22,922 nt of DNA from a virus: IMG/VR virus record IMGVR_UViG_3300025890_000013, positions 1 to 22,922 of that record; one strand, written 5' to 3'. The notes under the pieces were generated by a model that searched no databases, was not told the origin of the DNA, and worked only from the letters and a program-made list of their open reading frames with translations. Of this stretch, positions 7,968 to 16,514 are shown in pieces. Position numbers and translations under genes: made by a program. Each line of letters starts with the position of its first letter. Positions within the stretch are counted from its first letter, which is position 1.

Positions 7968-8530
7968 ACTGAAGTGATAACGCGGTAAGGGTTTAAGATA
8001 GCGTACAGGCCAAGCGGTAACGTGGTTGCAATCGTACCGGCTACGACTGGCTGCCGCTGCTCGTACAGGTGCGCCACCATCCAACGAATAGCGGTAATGA
8101 ATGGCTTTGGTATATCGGCCTCTGGGTATCCTACATTCATGTTTACCTGCACCGCGTTAAATGTGTCGTCATAAAGATCCGGCACGCTGTCAAATGTGAT
8201 CCGCGCGGCTTTGGTTTTTATATCGGCCCACCACTTAGTTGTCGCCAGCGTCTGCGTGGCGTTCGCCGTGTCCTTGTACTGCACTGAAGCAATGGAGTTG
8301 ACCGGACCAATAGGCAGACGGACGTTGTAAAAAAAATCAATGTAGCCCACGGCAGTAACATCACCGAGCCGCGTATTGCAATAATCCTCAACCCACGCAA
8401 TGGCTGCATCTCGGTAAGCTTCTATAAGTGTATCCTCGTCTGTGTGATCCACTCTCAAATGTTCTTTAAGCTGTGCCACGGTTATAATGCTGTCGAGGTC
8501 GGGCGTGCCTGTTATTTCTACGGTCATCAT
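7964..8530 (-). CDS. gp6-like head-tail connector (adaptor) protein (188 aa)
   Basis: I take the start at ATGATG 8530/8527, downstream of the capsid terminator. IITVAQLKEHLRVDHTDEDTLIEAYRDAAIAWVEDYCNTRL is the classic gp6-like N-terminal motif. Confidence 0.75.
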   Translation of the reverse strand: MMTVEITGTPDLDSIITVAQLKEHLRVDHTDEDTLIEAYRDAAIAWVEDYCNTRLGDVTAVGYIDFFYNVRLPIGPVNSIASVQYKDTANATQTLATTKWWADIKTKAARITFDSVPDLYDDTFNAVQVNMNVGYPEADIPKPFITAIRWMVAHLYEQRQPVVAGTIATTLPLGLYAILNPYRVITSV

Positions 8531-8547
8531 GTCGCTAAAATACGGAC

Positions 8548-8573
8548 AAAAAAAAGAGGGGCCGAAGCCCCTC
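8548..8573 (-). terminator. Rho-independent terminator after the major capsid gene
   Basis: The minus strand reads GAGGGGC-TTCG-GCCCCTC followed by TTTTTTTT. It lies 28 nt after the capsid stop. Confidence 0.8.
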
Positions 8574-8600
8574 CTTTCCAATGAAATAAACCTAACCAAA

Positions 8601-10499
8601 CTACTGCTGCAAAGCTGTTGCCGTTGACAAAGCTTTTGGCTGTCGCAAATCGAAGTCAAAGAATCGGTTCACGTGCAAAGCAATCTGTGCATTACCTGCG
8701 TTGCTGTAAGGGTCAATAAGCAAATCTAGCGAACCAAAATAAGCAAGAATAGCGCCCTGTGCGAAGTTTCCGAAAATCATTTGCGCGGCTGCTGTTGTGC
8801 CGTCTGCTAAGAATCCATCTACCAAGTAAGGTGTTGCAACTGCATTGTACATATTGAACTGCCCAGCATCCCACAAAGCATTCACTGCGTTTACCTGCGC
8901 CAATGCTTTCGAGTTTACGTAAGCGTTTGGACTCATAACATATGAAGCGCCTGCAAGGTTTGCACCCTGTGCAAGGGCCTGCGATTCCATGAGATTAACT
9001 GTTGCAGCTGTTAATACCGCGTCTGCGGTTTGCGTTTGATTAACGGCAGTTGAAGCCATGATAGTATCAAAGCCGTAATCATCAATGTAAGCATTCATCG
9101 CCGCGGCCAACTCGTTAGCAATAAGCGAATCAACCTCTGCACCTCCTTGCTGAATGAGGAGTTTTGAATACTTAGTATTCGCTGCAACTCGCTGAGGAGT
9201 CAAAGAAACTTCATCCATTTCCATGCCTGAACCTGCATCGGCTGAAACTTCTGTTTCATCTGTACCTGTGGCCTTCGCGCTTACACGTGGAAACTGCAAG
9301 TTGCCCGTAGCGTTTCGAATTACTGTTGTGCCGAGTCCTTCCAATACGGTAGGGGCGCGAAGTGCTTCGATTGCAGCAGGGACAACAGTTGGAACGAATC
9401 CTGAACCGTCGCCGCTTCCTGCTTGGAAGTCGTCAGTACCTCCAGCACGCAAAGCGATTGAAGGAATTGCCACCTGTCCAGCAGACTGCAAACCCTGTGA
9501 GCGCATTTCTTTAGCGGCTTCTTTTTGCCACTCTGCTTCTGCACCTTCCAAGCTGCGGCCGTTTGCAATGGCACTGATTGCACGGCTTAGGGAAAAAGAA
9601 CCGTTCACGCGCTCAACTTCGCGTTGCTCGGATGCGCCAGCTGTACCGCTCTGCGCCATTCGTGCGACCATATCCTGCTCACGTGTCTTGTGCTTGATTT
9701 TTACATCAAGGTCCTGCATCATGCCGTCAAGCTTGTCGCATCGTTCTTGTTCTGCTTCTGTCATAACGCGGCCCTCTGAGTCCGCCTTTTGGCCAATAGC
9801 TACGAATTCTTCGTAGTTCGCATTGCGCTGGCCTTTCAAATCGTTTAAAGTCATCTTAGTAATGTTTTGCGTAAAGTTACGCGGTTCTGTTTTTATCGTT
9901 GCAGGTTCTGCGCGTTCTTCCGTTTCCGGTTCTGCTGCTACCTGTTCTTCCTTCAATTCCTCCACTTCCTGCGCCGCCGCTGCCATGTTTCGCGCGTATA
10001 CTGAGGTTGTAGCTGCGGCCGGATATGTCACGGCGCTCGTGTCTAATAACCTGCCAACCTTGGTAATGGTTCGCGTGCTGCGGTCTTCGCTCCATTCGTC
10101 CGCCTCGATTGTAAAGGCAAAAGAACTTTGTGATATATCGCCGCGCTTAATCAGCTTGTAAAGATCGCGCCCGTCCTGCGTGTCGGCAAGTGCCGCGCGA
10201 TACTTCAAACCTTGCTCGTCTACGCTCAGTTCCAGCGTGCCGTTTGTAGTTCGTGCCAACGGTGCGCCGGTATGGTTAAGCAAAAATCTAACGTCGTCTT
10301 CCATGACGCCATCAAATGCGCCACGTGCTACGGTTTCTTTGAAGTATCCAAGATCATACTCTACATCAAAGTTGCTTGCATAGCCTTCGACTACCAAAGC
10401 ATCGTCGCCAGCGGCCCGCACTTCTGCCGTTCGCAGTTCTACGTTCTCACCGTACTGGCTGCGCAGCTCATCGGTGCGCTTATCTTCTTTATTGTCCAT
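8601..10499 (-). CDS. In-frame fusion of an HK97-family prohead protease and the major capsid protein (632 aa)
   Basis: Residues 30-170 carry prohead protease motifs (VVEGYASNF, RFLLNHTG, GDISQSSFAF). Residues 172-215 form an acidic linker. Residues 216-632 look like an HK97-type MCP with a coiled-coil delta region (MTLNDLKGQRNANYEEF...), then LQFPR and TKYSKLLIQQ. There is no stop between the two parts. Confidence 0.8.
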   Translation of the reverse strand: MDNKEDKRTDELRSQYGENVELRTAEVRAAGDDALVVEGYASNFDVEYDLGYFKETVARGAFDGVMEDDVRFLLNHTGAPLARTTNGTLELSVDEQGLKYRAALADTQDGRDLYKLIKRGDISQSSFAFTIEADEWSEDRSTRTITKVGRLLDTSAVTYPAAATTSVYARNMAAAAQEVEELKEEQVAAEPETEERAEPATIKTEPRNFTQNITKMTLNDLKGQRNANYEEFVAIGQKADSEGRVMTEAEQERCDKLDGMMQDLDVKIKHKTREQDMVARMAQSGTAGASEQREVERVNGSFSLSRAISAIANGRSLEGAEAEWQKEAAKEMRSQGLQSAGQVAIPSIALRAGGTDDFQAGSGDGSGFVPTVVPAAIEALRAPTVLEGLGTTVIRNATGNLQFPRVSAKATGTDETEVSADAGSGMEMDEVSLTPQRVAANTKYSKLLIQQGGAEVDSLIANELAAAMNAYIDDYGFDTIMASTAVNQTQTADAVLTAATVNLMESQALAQGANLAGASYVMSPNAYVNSKALAQVNAVNALWDAGQFNMYNAVATPYLVDGFLADGTTAAAQMIFGNFAQGAILAYFGSLDLLIDPYSNAGNAQIALHVNRFFDFDLRQPKALSTATALQQ

Positions 10500-11691
10500 T
10501 GTTCTGTGTTTCTGAAACTTTATCCGAATAAGCGCCTAGCCTATCCAGTGCAATTTGATTAACTGCAACCGTATGCGTATCGCCTCCGGCCGTTGGGTTT
10601 AGCTCTTCCTTGCCCCGTACTTCGTTAATGCTTAGCACGCCGTTGTTGAGCATCTTCGTGTAGAAGTCTGCACGGCTCTGCATATCGCCACGGTATAAAT
10701 CGTTAAGGTTAAACTTGCTGTATATCTGTGGCCGCTCGCGTGACTGGATCAGCTTGCGATCAATCTCCTGTTCGATGCGCTTGGCCCATGGTGCAATCGT
10801 GTGCCGTGCGAATTGCAGGTTTTGCTGTTCGACGTTGTTGTATGTTGTTTGGCTTTCGAGCTGTACCAATGTAGGCGGCACGCTGAAAATGCGGCATATC
10901 TCTTCCGCTTGGAATTTACGCGTTTCGATAAACTGCGCTTCGTCGGGGCTAATGCTTATCCTTGAATACTTGAATCCAAACGGCAGCAGTTTCGTGCCGG
11001 CCTGTTGTGCAGCCTTGTTCCAACTGCCTTGAATTATATCCATCTGCTCCTTTTTCAAAGGCTGGTCGCTGGATAATATCCCCGTCATTTGCCCGCCGCT
11101 TCCAAAGTATTCCGCGCCAAAGTCCTCGGCTGCTTTCGCTAGTCCTAAATTCTCACGGTGCAAACGGATGGGCGACTTCCTTTGAAGGTTGCAAATCTCC
11201 AGCATATTCTCCGCCTGCACGATGCCCACGTTTCGCACGCTGTAAACCATTTGGCCATTTACGGTCTTGCGGTCTACGTCGTAAATATCTAAGCACACCA
11301 AACTTGTAACGTACCCACGGCCATCGCGCTCGATGAGTGCATAGCCCACGCCGTTAATTACTGCATTGCTTATAATGGTTTCCCAAAAGTCGAAAGCTGT
11401 TTGGTATTCGTTGGGCTTGTATTTGATAACGTCATAAGCTGGGTGAACATTCGCGGGTTCTATCTCGCGGCCTGTGCGCTCGTATACCTCAAGATCTAAA
11501 CTGGCCAACGTGCTGGCAATCTTATACACGCAAGCGTAAACCGTGGAAATGGTTAGCGCTGTATTCTCGTTGATGTTCGCACCGCTAACCGTAGTGCCGT
11601 AAATGCCTAGGTCATTCGCCAAGGTCTGAGAATCGTACTTACCTACGCGATACCTCAAAAGCGCATTTAATCTGTCGCGAAGTGTTGCCAT
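10489..11691 (-). CDS. Portal protein, HK97 family (400 aa)
   Basis: It lies between TerL and the protease/MCP gene, and its size is typical. Matching segments include VYACVYKIASTLASL, FWETIISNAVINGVGYALIERD, SPDEAQFIETRKF and APWAKRIEQEI. Confidence 0.85.
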   Translation of the reverse strand: MATLRDRLNALLRYRVGKYDSQTLANDLGIYGTTVSGANINENTALTISTVYACVYKIASTLASLDLEVYERTGREIEPANVHPAYDVIKYKPNEYQTAFDFWETIISNAVINGVGYALIERDGRGYVTSLVCLDIYDVDRKTVNGQMVYSVRNVGIVQAENMLEICNLQRKSPIRLHRENLGLAKAAEDFGAEYFGSGGQMTGILSSDQPLKKEQMDIIQGSWNKAAQQAGTKLLPFGFKYSRISISPDEAQFIETRKFQAEEICRIFSVPPTLVQLESQTTYNNVEQQNLQFARHTIAPWAKRIEQEIDRKLIQSRERPQIYSKFNLNDLYRGDMQSRADFYTKMLNNGVLSINEVRGKEELNPTAGGDTHTVAVNQIALDRLGAYSDKVSETQNNGQ

Positions 11692-11706
11692 ATGGGTTGC
11701 AATTTA

Positions 11707-13398
11707 CTACAGGGAAATTATATCGAAATTCTGCTCTGTCTCCTGTGGCGTCTTCATGTGTTCGCCAATGCCCATGACCATGGCCACGATCGGGTCAATC
11801 TTGCCGCCGCTCTTTTGTTTGTCGGCTTTTATGTTGCCCGCCGGATCCATTTTCAACTCGACGTTTCCAAGCGCCCAACGCAGGACCGGATCGCCATCGT
11901 GCCACACCTTGCCCGTTCTTATTAGCACCTCCAGTTGTTTGGTGGGTGACGACATAGAAACAAAGCCCTGACCGAATGGCGTAAGCGGCACGCCATCATC
12001 TACCAAGTCGATTGCAATCTGCGTGCTGTTGTATCTGTCGAAAGCAATCTTTTCTATTTGATAGTTATGCATGAGGCTGCTGCCGTCCACTTCCTGACCG
12101 TCGGGCCTATTCATCACGCCGCTGACTAGCCGGCGGATTGCCGCGTAGTCCGTTACGTTGCCATCTGTTATGTAGAAGTTTGGAAGATCTAAAAAGGTCC
12201 GGTAGATGTGCGACGGATCGCGATCCAGTATATTGTCAATGGTATCGCTTGGCATAAAGTAATGGCCGCGCACATGGTAGCCGTCGCCGTCAGGGTATAC
12301 CATTACCAGCGCCGTCATATCGGAAACGCTTGCAAGGTCCAACCCACCCCAACAAATCCGCCCCGTCAAATCTTCCTGTCGTTCGTTGGCGCTCCATATC
12401 TCATCCTGTATCCAAGTCTTTGAAGCGGTCACCCATTTATTCAGGTGCTTGGTTTTAAATTCTACCTCACGCGATCCGCCGAGGTTAATGGCTTGCTGTA
12501 ACTGTGACTCCAATAGCTGCGGGCGTAGCGCCACGCCCAACGATGGGTTAGCCTTTATCCATGTGCTGGAGTCCGTCCAATCGTCATCTTCGTCCAGCTC
12601 ATAGATCAACGCAAATTGTGCATCGTCGTGCTTTACACCGTCGAGTATTTCCTTGCAGGTCTTTTGCATTTCGTAGCATGGCGATTCACGGTTAAAGCCT
12701 GCCGTGGTAATGGTAAGGTGTAACGGGTTACGCCGCGCTTGCATACCTGATCGCAGTACGTTGGCCACGCCATCGGTTGGGTGCGCGTGGTATTCGTCAA
12801 TTCCTGCAAAGTGTATATTCAAGCCGTCGAGTGTGTCGCGCTCGCTGCTCAGGTAGGTGCATCGCGCTGAGAGCGTTGGCGCTTTAATATCGTGCTTGCC
12901 TGCTCTTAAGTGTCGCCTGAGTTGCGGCGAGATCGAAACCATCCTTTGCGCTTCGTCGAATCCGATTTTAGCCTGATCCTTTTTCGTTGCTGCAAAATAA
13001 ACCTCGGCAGCTTTTTCCTGATCAAAGAAAAGAGCAGCGAGCGCACAACCCGCCATAAGTGTCGTCTTGCCATTCTTGCGAGCCACAGTAATATATGCAT
13101 AATTGAAGCGTCTTGTACCGTCTTCACGAAACCACCCGTAAAGATTCCACAATATAAACTGTTGCCATGGAAGCGGATCAAACGGCTGACCATCCCATTC
13201 GCCTACCGTGTGCCTGATTGCCCGCTGAAAAAATGTAATGTAAGCCTGTGCAGTCTTTGGCTTAAATTCTAAGCCGCGTTCTTCTGCTGTGTCTAAATCT
13301 GTAAGGTATCGCTGGCACGCCTTGGCAACGTATTTGGCGGCTAGTGTTTTGCCGGTAACAATATCGAGCGCGTACCGATGCGCTACACTGTCAAGCAT
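11707..13398 (-). CDS. terL: Terminase large subunit (563 aa from ATG 13398; an alternative ATG at 13440 gives 577 aa)
   Basis: Walker A-like VARKNGKTTLMAG, a DEYH Walker B-like motif (AGIDEYHAH), and a C-terminal nuclease region (GGLDLASVSDMTALV). The start at 13398 gives an 8-nt overlap with TerS. Confidence 0.9.
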   Translation of the reverse strand: MLDSVAHRYALDIVTGKTLAAKYVAKACQRYLTDLDTAEERGLEFKPKTAQAYITFFQRAIRHTVGEWDGQPFDPLPWQQFILWNLYGWFREDGTRRFNYAYITVARKNGKTTLMAGCALAALFFDQEKAAEVYFAATKKDQAKIGFDEAQRMVSISPQLRRHLRAGKHDIKAPTLSARCTYLSSERDTLDGLNIHFAGIDEYHAHPTDGVANVLRSGMQARRNPLHLTITTAGFNRESPCYEMQKTCKEILDGVKHDDAQFALIYELDEDDDWTDSSTWIKANPSLGVALRPQLLESQLQQAINLGGSREVEFKTKHLNKWVTASKTWIQDEIWSANERQEDLTGRICWGGLDLASVSDMTALVMVYPDGDGYHVRGHYFMPSDTIDNILDRDPSHIYRTFLDLPNFYITDGNVTDYAAIRRLVSGVMNRPDGQEVDGSSLMHNYQIEKIAFDRYNSTQIAIDLVDDGVPLTPFGQGFVSMSSPTKQLEVLIRTGKVWHDGDPVLRWALGNVELKMDPAGNIKADKQKSGGKIDPIVAMVMGIGEHMKTPQETEQNFDIISL

Positions 13399-13753
13399 CT
13401 TTAAACGTAAGGAGCTGCTCCAGTTCGTCGTCCATTTCAACCTCGACTTCTATGCGCTTCCTTGCCGCTGGTGTCATACCTAACTCCTTCAGCACTACCA
13501 AATATTTTGATCGTGATTCAACTAGCATTTGATGCTCAGGCCGGTGCTTCGTCATCGTGCCGCCGTCACGGTTTTTGAATTCGTAGGTGTAACCTTTTTC
13601 GTCAATCAGGCTTTGCAGCTCACGGACCTCAACCGCTAGGCAGGCCGCCATTGTTAAAAGGTCTTCATCTAATTCGCCAATGTGTCGAGCGCTGCGCAGT
13701 GCGTTTTTTATGCGCTTGTATTCAAGCTTTTGCGTCTTTGTCAGTACGTCCAT
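13391..13753 (-). CDS. terS: Terminase small subunit, P27-family-like (120 aa)
   Basis: I take the start at ATG 13753 (MDVLTKTQKLEYKRIKNALRSARHIGELDEDLL...HRPEHQMLVESRSKYLVVLKELGMTPAARKRI). The track's upstream extension to 13903 overlaps the HNH gene and looks non-coding. Confidence 0.7.
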   Translation of the reverse strand: MDVLTKTQKLEYKRIKNALRSARHIGELDEDLLTMAACLAVEVRELQSLIDEKGYTYEFKNRDGGTMTKHRPEHQMLVESRSKYLVVLKELGMTPAARKRIEVEVEMDDELEQLLTFKDA

Positions 13754-13851
13754 GCTCAAAGGTAGCGCCAAAACCCAAAGAAAAAAATGAAATATTTCGC
13801 CATGGATACTACGGCGATGCAGGCGCTTTTTGCTCAGGTTTTTGCAGGGGG

Positions 13852-14133
13852 CTACCCCCCGTGGGCCTCGCGCCCTGATTTGCTTGCGTGGCATGGTGTG
13901 CATAGGCTCTGCCAGTTGCTTACATCGAAGAACTCGGCCCCTTGACGTACTGGAATGACGTGATCCACCACGTTAGCAGGCCCGCCGCATCCAGTGCATT
14001 CGGGATTGTTCTTAAGAAAGGCCAGCCGGCTCTTACGCCACGCGTTTGTCCAGTACCTGCGATCCTGTGGCGTGTCTCGCTTGCGTCCTTTGCGCCTCGG
14101 ATCGGGCGTCTGCTTGCGTGGTATCGTAGGCAT
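13852..14133 (-). CDS. HNH endonuclease (93 aa), associated with the terminase
   Basis: CTGCG...DHVIPVRQG...NWQSLCTPCHASK is a canonical HNH/zinc motif. It sits directly upstream of TerS, as in HK97-like cos phages. Confidence 0.85.
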   Translation of the reverse strand: MPTIPRKQTPDPRRKGRKRDTPQDRRYWTNAWRKSRLAFLKNNPECTGCGGPANVVDHVIPVRQGAEFFDVSNWQSLCTPCHASKSGREAHGG

Positions 14134-14243
14134 TAGATATAAAAGTAACCGTAGTGGCCTGTGAGTTCATACATCTCGCGGCTGATCCGCTTAAACACCT
14201 CCCACCTGCAACCGTATCCAAGCTCTTTAATATTGCTCACCAT
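14133..14243 (-). CDS. Hypothetical small protein (36 aa from ATG 14243)
   Basis: This is the only non-overlapped part of the 181-aa track ORF (MVSNIKELGYGCRWEVFKRISREMYELTGHYGYFYI). Its stop shares 1 nt with the HNH ATG (TAATG). The start is uncertain. Confidence 0.35.
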   Translation of the reverse strand: MVSNIKELGYGCRWEVFKRISREMYELTGHYGYFYI

Positions 14244-14283
14244 GCGCACATCGAGCAACTCATTGCGCTCGGCTCTCAGCTGG

Positions 14284-14721
14284 TCATACCTTTGCCTTTG
14301 CTTTCGGTTTAGGCTTGACCGCTTTAGTCTCTGCGTACCTAAGCGCCTCGGCTCTGTGATAGTCGTATAGGTGCTGTAACTCTGATACCGTGAACTTTCT
14401 ACCTCGGTCCGCTTGTCGCATAAGCTGCGCAGTTGTTCCGGCGTTTTCGCTTTCAATACGGCAGCCAAAAATCCATTGTTCTCCTTGTCGGTGAATATTG
14501 CAGGCATAGCATTGCGGCTTAACGTTAGATTCTTCCCACCTAGTAGCCATGTGCCTTCTGCTGAGAAAATGCCCAGCGTGTATCTTAGATGCGTGATGCT
14601 TTGCGTTGCAGGTGTAACACGTACAGTTTCCGCGTAGATCTGCCGCTTTCCATCGGATGTGCTTGCTAAACCACTCATCGACCTTTTTCTTTAGTTGTGC
14701 GTGCGTCTGCTTCTTTGCCAT
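14284..14721 (-). CDS. ninG: NinG/Rap-like recombination endonuclease (145 aa)
   Basis: CTCYTCNAKHHASKIHAGHFLSRRHMATRWEESNVKPQCYACNIHRQGEQ matches the NinG pattern Cys-x2-Cys ... GH ... QC-x2-CN. The C-terminus is basic. Confidence 0.7.
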   Translation of the reverse strand: MAKKQTHAQLKKKVDEWFSKHIRWKAADLRGNCTCYTCNAKHHASKIHAGHFLSRRHMATRWEESNVKPQCYACNIHRQGEQWIFGCRIESENAGTTAQLMRQADRGRKFTVSELQHLYDYHRAEALRYAETKAVKPKPKAKAKV

Positions 14722-15061
14722 TGCCGTTGATTGCGTCGCTAATGTAGTCCTTTAGCAGTTCGCGTTCACGCTTGCGGTTTTTGTATTCGGTTGACTGCTG
14801 CACCATGTGCCAGTTGGCCCGTAGCTTCCTGCGGTACGCCTCGCGCTGGGTTGTATAATGCGTTTCGCACATCACCCAAAACGCTTTTGTGTGTTCTGTT
14901 ACACTTGGATGCGCTGAGAACGTGCCTCGGTTGTTTATGAAGTATTCGCGTTCGATGGGATGCGGCTTGTAACGGCTCGCGCATTCCGCGCCATATACCT
15001 CTGTGATTGCGTACCTGCGTGCGTCCATCAGGTCGAGCCAAAAGCGTTCAATTTCAGTCAT
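14675..15061 (-). CDS. Hypothetical protein (128 aa)
   Basis: Long ORF in the gene-dense strand, overlapping the upstream stop by 8 nt. I recognised no motif. Confidence 0.55.
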   Translation of the reverse strand: MTEIERFWLDLMDARRYAITEVYGAECASRYKPHPIEREYFINNRGTFSAHPSVTEHTKAFWVMCETHYTTQREAYRRKLRANWHMVQQSTEYKNRKRERELLKDYISDAINGNGKEADARTTKEKGR

Positions 15062-15302
15062 TGTGTGGATATTGCTTTTTGAAGTGTTTCAGTTCTTTTT
15101 CTGCGTCATATCCTGACATTTCCGCAATCATCTCCATATATGCGTGTAACGAACGGTCAACATATTGCGATAAAGTCATATCAAACCAACTTGCCTGCGT
15201 TTCAAGTATTGTACGCATTTGCCCAGTAGTTTTAAATTTAATTTCGTGCATTGAATCGTCAAGCATATGCATCAAATCCTTTTGTTTTTTATAGTTGTTC
15301 AT
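15054..15302 (-). CDS. Hypothetical protein, possibly a ribbon-helix-helix DNA-binding protein (82 aa)
   Basis: I take the start at ATG 15302, which overlaps the upstream stop (ATGA). HEIKFKTTGQMRTILETQASWFDMTLSQYVDRSLHAYME has a strand-helix-helix pattern. Confidence 0.45.
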   Translation of the reverse strand: MNNYKKQKDLMHMLDDSMHEIKFKTTGQMRTILETQASWFDMTLSQYVDRSLHAYMEMIAEMSGYDAEKELKHFKKQYPHND

Positions 15303-15814
15303 TGTTCTTGCTTCTGTCGGTTCTCCATCTCCTGTCGCTCTGTGTACGTTAGGCGGTTCTCTCCTGCCATCCAATCAGCTGGGTGTACCCTTGACGCTAT
15401 TGGGTTGACCTCTGTGGCGTATTCGGGCCGTAAATGCCGCATTGCTTCCTGCTGCATCCGTTCCGCGTATTTCCGTTCGTTCTCGCGGATCGTCTGAATG
15501 ATTGGTTGCTTCAGTTGGTCGTATTTGGTGAAGCAATCCACGAACTGCGCTAATTTAAGGCGCTCGTAGTACGGTCCAAAGCTCTCTTTTGCCATCATAT
15601 ACAAGCACAGGCGCCAGTCTTCCAAAGTGAATGCCGGAAATTGCTGTACAAGCTCGTTCACGGTCATTGCAATGTGCGCCGGCTCGTTAAGTGTCTTGTT
15701 TGCGTCTATAAAGTCCACGCAGCGGCTGATCATACCGACCAGCGCCGCCCGTGTAGCGCTTTCGTTGACAATTAGGGCCGTTTTCACGTTTGTGCCCTCA
15801 AAGCACGCCGCCAC
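15299..15814 (-). CDS. Hypothetical replication-module protein. The start is uncertain: GTG 15814, ATG 15733, or ATG 16003 for the full 234-aa ORF.
   Basis: The frame is open from 16003, but the first 206 nt overlap the initiator gene. GTG at 15814 would reduce the overlap to 17 nt. I recognised no motif. Confidence 0.5.
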   Translation of the reverse strand: MAACFEGTNVKTALIVNESATRAALVGMISRCVDFIDANKTLNEPAHIAMTVNELVQQFPAFTLEDWRLCLYMMAKESFGPYYERLKLAQFVDCFTKYDQLKQPIIQTIRENERKYAERMQQEAMRHLRPEYATEVNPIASRVHPADWMAGENRLTYTERQEMENRQKQEQ

Positions 15815-16514
15815 TGTCAGGCGCGATACGTCCAGTTCTTGCAAATTGTGCAAGCTGTTCGCGGTTGACGTCTGTTTTAAGGTTTGCCGCTCTGCTGGCG
15901 TTAGTTCTGCCGCCTGCGCGCTGTTTAAATACAAGGCCTTTGTATCCGTTTGCGATACTTCTGTGGATCGCTTCAATGGCGTCCGTTTGGTTGTTGTACT
16001 CATTTTGGAGTTGAATTAGTGCCCTTTGTTCACTTTTGGGCGATTTGTACGTAAATCGGTGATCTGTTTTTTTGTACTCCAGCCACTCAGACCATGCGGC
16101 TGTGAAGGCTTCTGTTTGCCATGGAAGTACTATCAAAAAATTTTCTTCCTTGTTTTGTAGTGTTTTAGTAATATGTTTTGTAAGTTCTTTTGTACGTGTC
16201 CGTTTGCGCCCACCCCCCTGTCCGTTAGCACCCACCCCCCTGTCCGTTTGCGCCCACCCTAAAGTCCGTTTGTACCCACCCTGTCCGTTAGCGACCACCC
16301 CCCTATTGAGGTGGCCGCTTTGGATCAGTCTGTAAATAATCTTTCGTGTGCGGTCTTCGCTAATGCCGAGCGCCTCGGCTAGTTTGGCGTTGGTCATGAA
16401 GCACGCTTTGCCATTCTCCGCGAAGCTGGCAACCTCGGCCAATAGAACGCGATCCATGGGCGCGAGGTCCAGCGTCCAAATCTCTATCGGGATCCATATG
16501 CCGGTGCGCTTCAT
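15798..16514 (-). CDS. Winged-HTH replication initiator / replisome organiser (lambda O-like in logic), 238 aa
   Basis: The N-terminus IWIPIEIWTLDLAPMDRVLLAEVASFAENGKACFMTNAKLAEALGISEDRTRKIIYRLIQSGHL is a wHTH common in phage replication proteins. The gene contains an iteron array plus an AT-rich tract. ATGA coupling at 16511..16514. Confidence 0.6.
   Translation of the reverse strand: MKRTGIWIPIEIWTLDLAPMDRVLLAEVASFAENGKACFMTNAKLAEALGISEDRTRKIIYRLIQSGHLNRGVVANGQGGYKRTLGWAQTDRGVGANGQGGGRKRTRTKELTKHITKTLQNKEENFLIVLPWQTEAFTAAWSEWLEYKKTDHRFTYKSPKSEQRALIQLQNEYNNQTDAIEAIHRSIANGYKGLVFKQRAGGRTNASRAANLKTDVNREQLAQFARTGRIAPDSGGVL
16197..16303. repeat. Five iteron-like direct repeats (candidate origin of replication)
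   Basis: TGTCCGTTTGCGCCCACCCCCC (16197), TGTCCGTTAGCACCCACCCCCC (16219), TGTCCGTTTGCGCCCACCC (16241), GTCCGTTTGTACCCACCC (16264) and TGTCCGTTAGCGACCACCCCCC (16282). GTCC-to-GTCC spacing is 22, 22, 22 and 19 nt. An AT-rich stretch at about 16131..16196 flanks the array. Confidence 0.75.

Noticed and set aside
7968-8084. Upstream extensions of the track ORFs for the head-closure gene (to 8084) and the connector gene (to 8659).
   Set aside because: These extensions overlap the preceding genes or span the capsid terminator. Internal ATGs at 7967 and 8530 give ATGA coupling or a post-terminator start, together with family-typical N-termini.
13847-13860. The GGGG-GCTA-CCCC hairpin as a terminator after the HNH gene.
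   Set aside because: The stem is short, there is no downstream T-tract on the coding strand, and it overlaps the HNH stop codon. It is not convincing as a terminator.
13754-13903. The N-terminal 50-codon extension of the TerS ORF (MHTMPRKQIRARGPRG...).
   Set aside because: It overlaps the HNH gene's 3' end and has a non-protein-like composition. A good internal ATG at 13753 begins a typical small-terminase N-terminus.
14133-14678. The 181-aa ORF in an alternative frame over the NinG-like gene.
   Set aside because: About 395 nt overlap a frame with clear NinG motifs throughout. Only the last 36 or so codons, downstream of the NinG stop, are kept as a possible small gene.
16197-16303. The repeat array as a CRISPR array.
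   Set aside because: The repeats are contiguous with no spacers, are degenerate, number only five, and sit inside a coding gene next to an AT-rich tract. An iteron origin is the better explanation.
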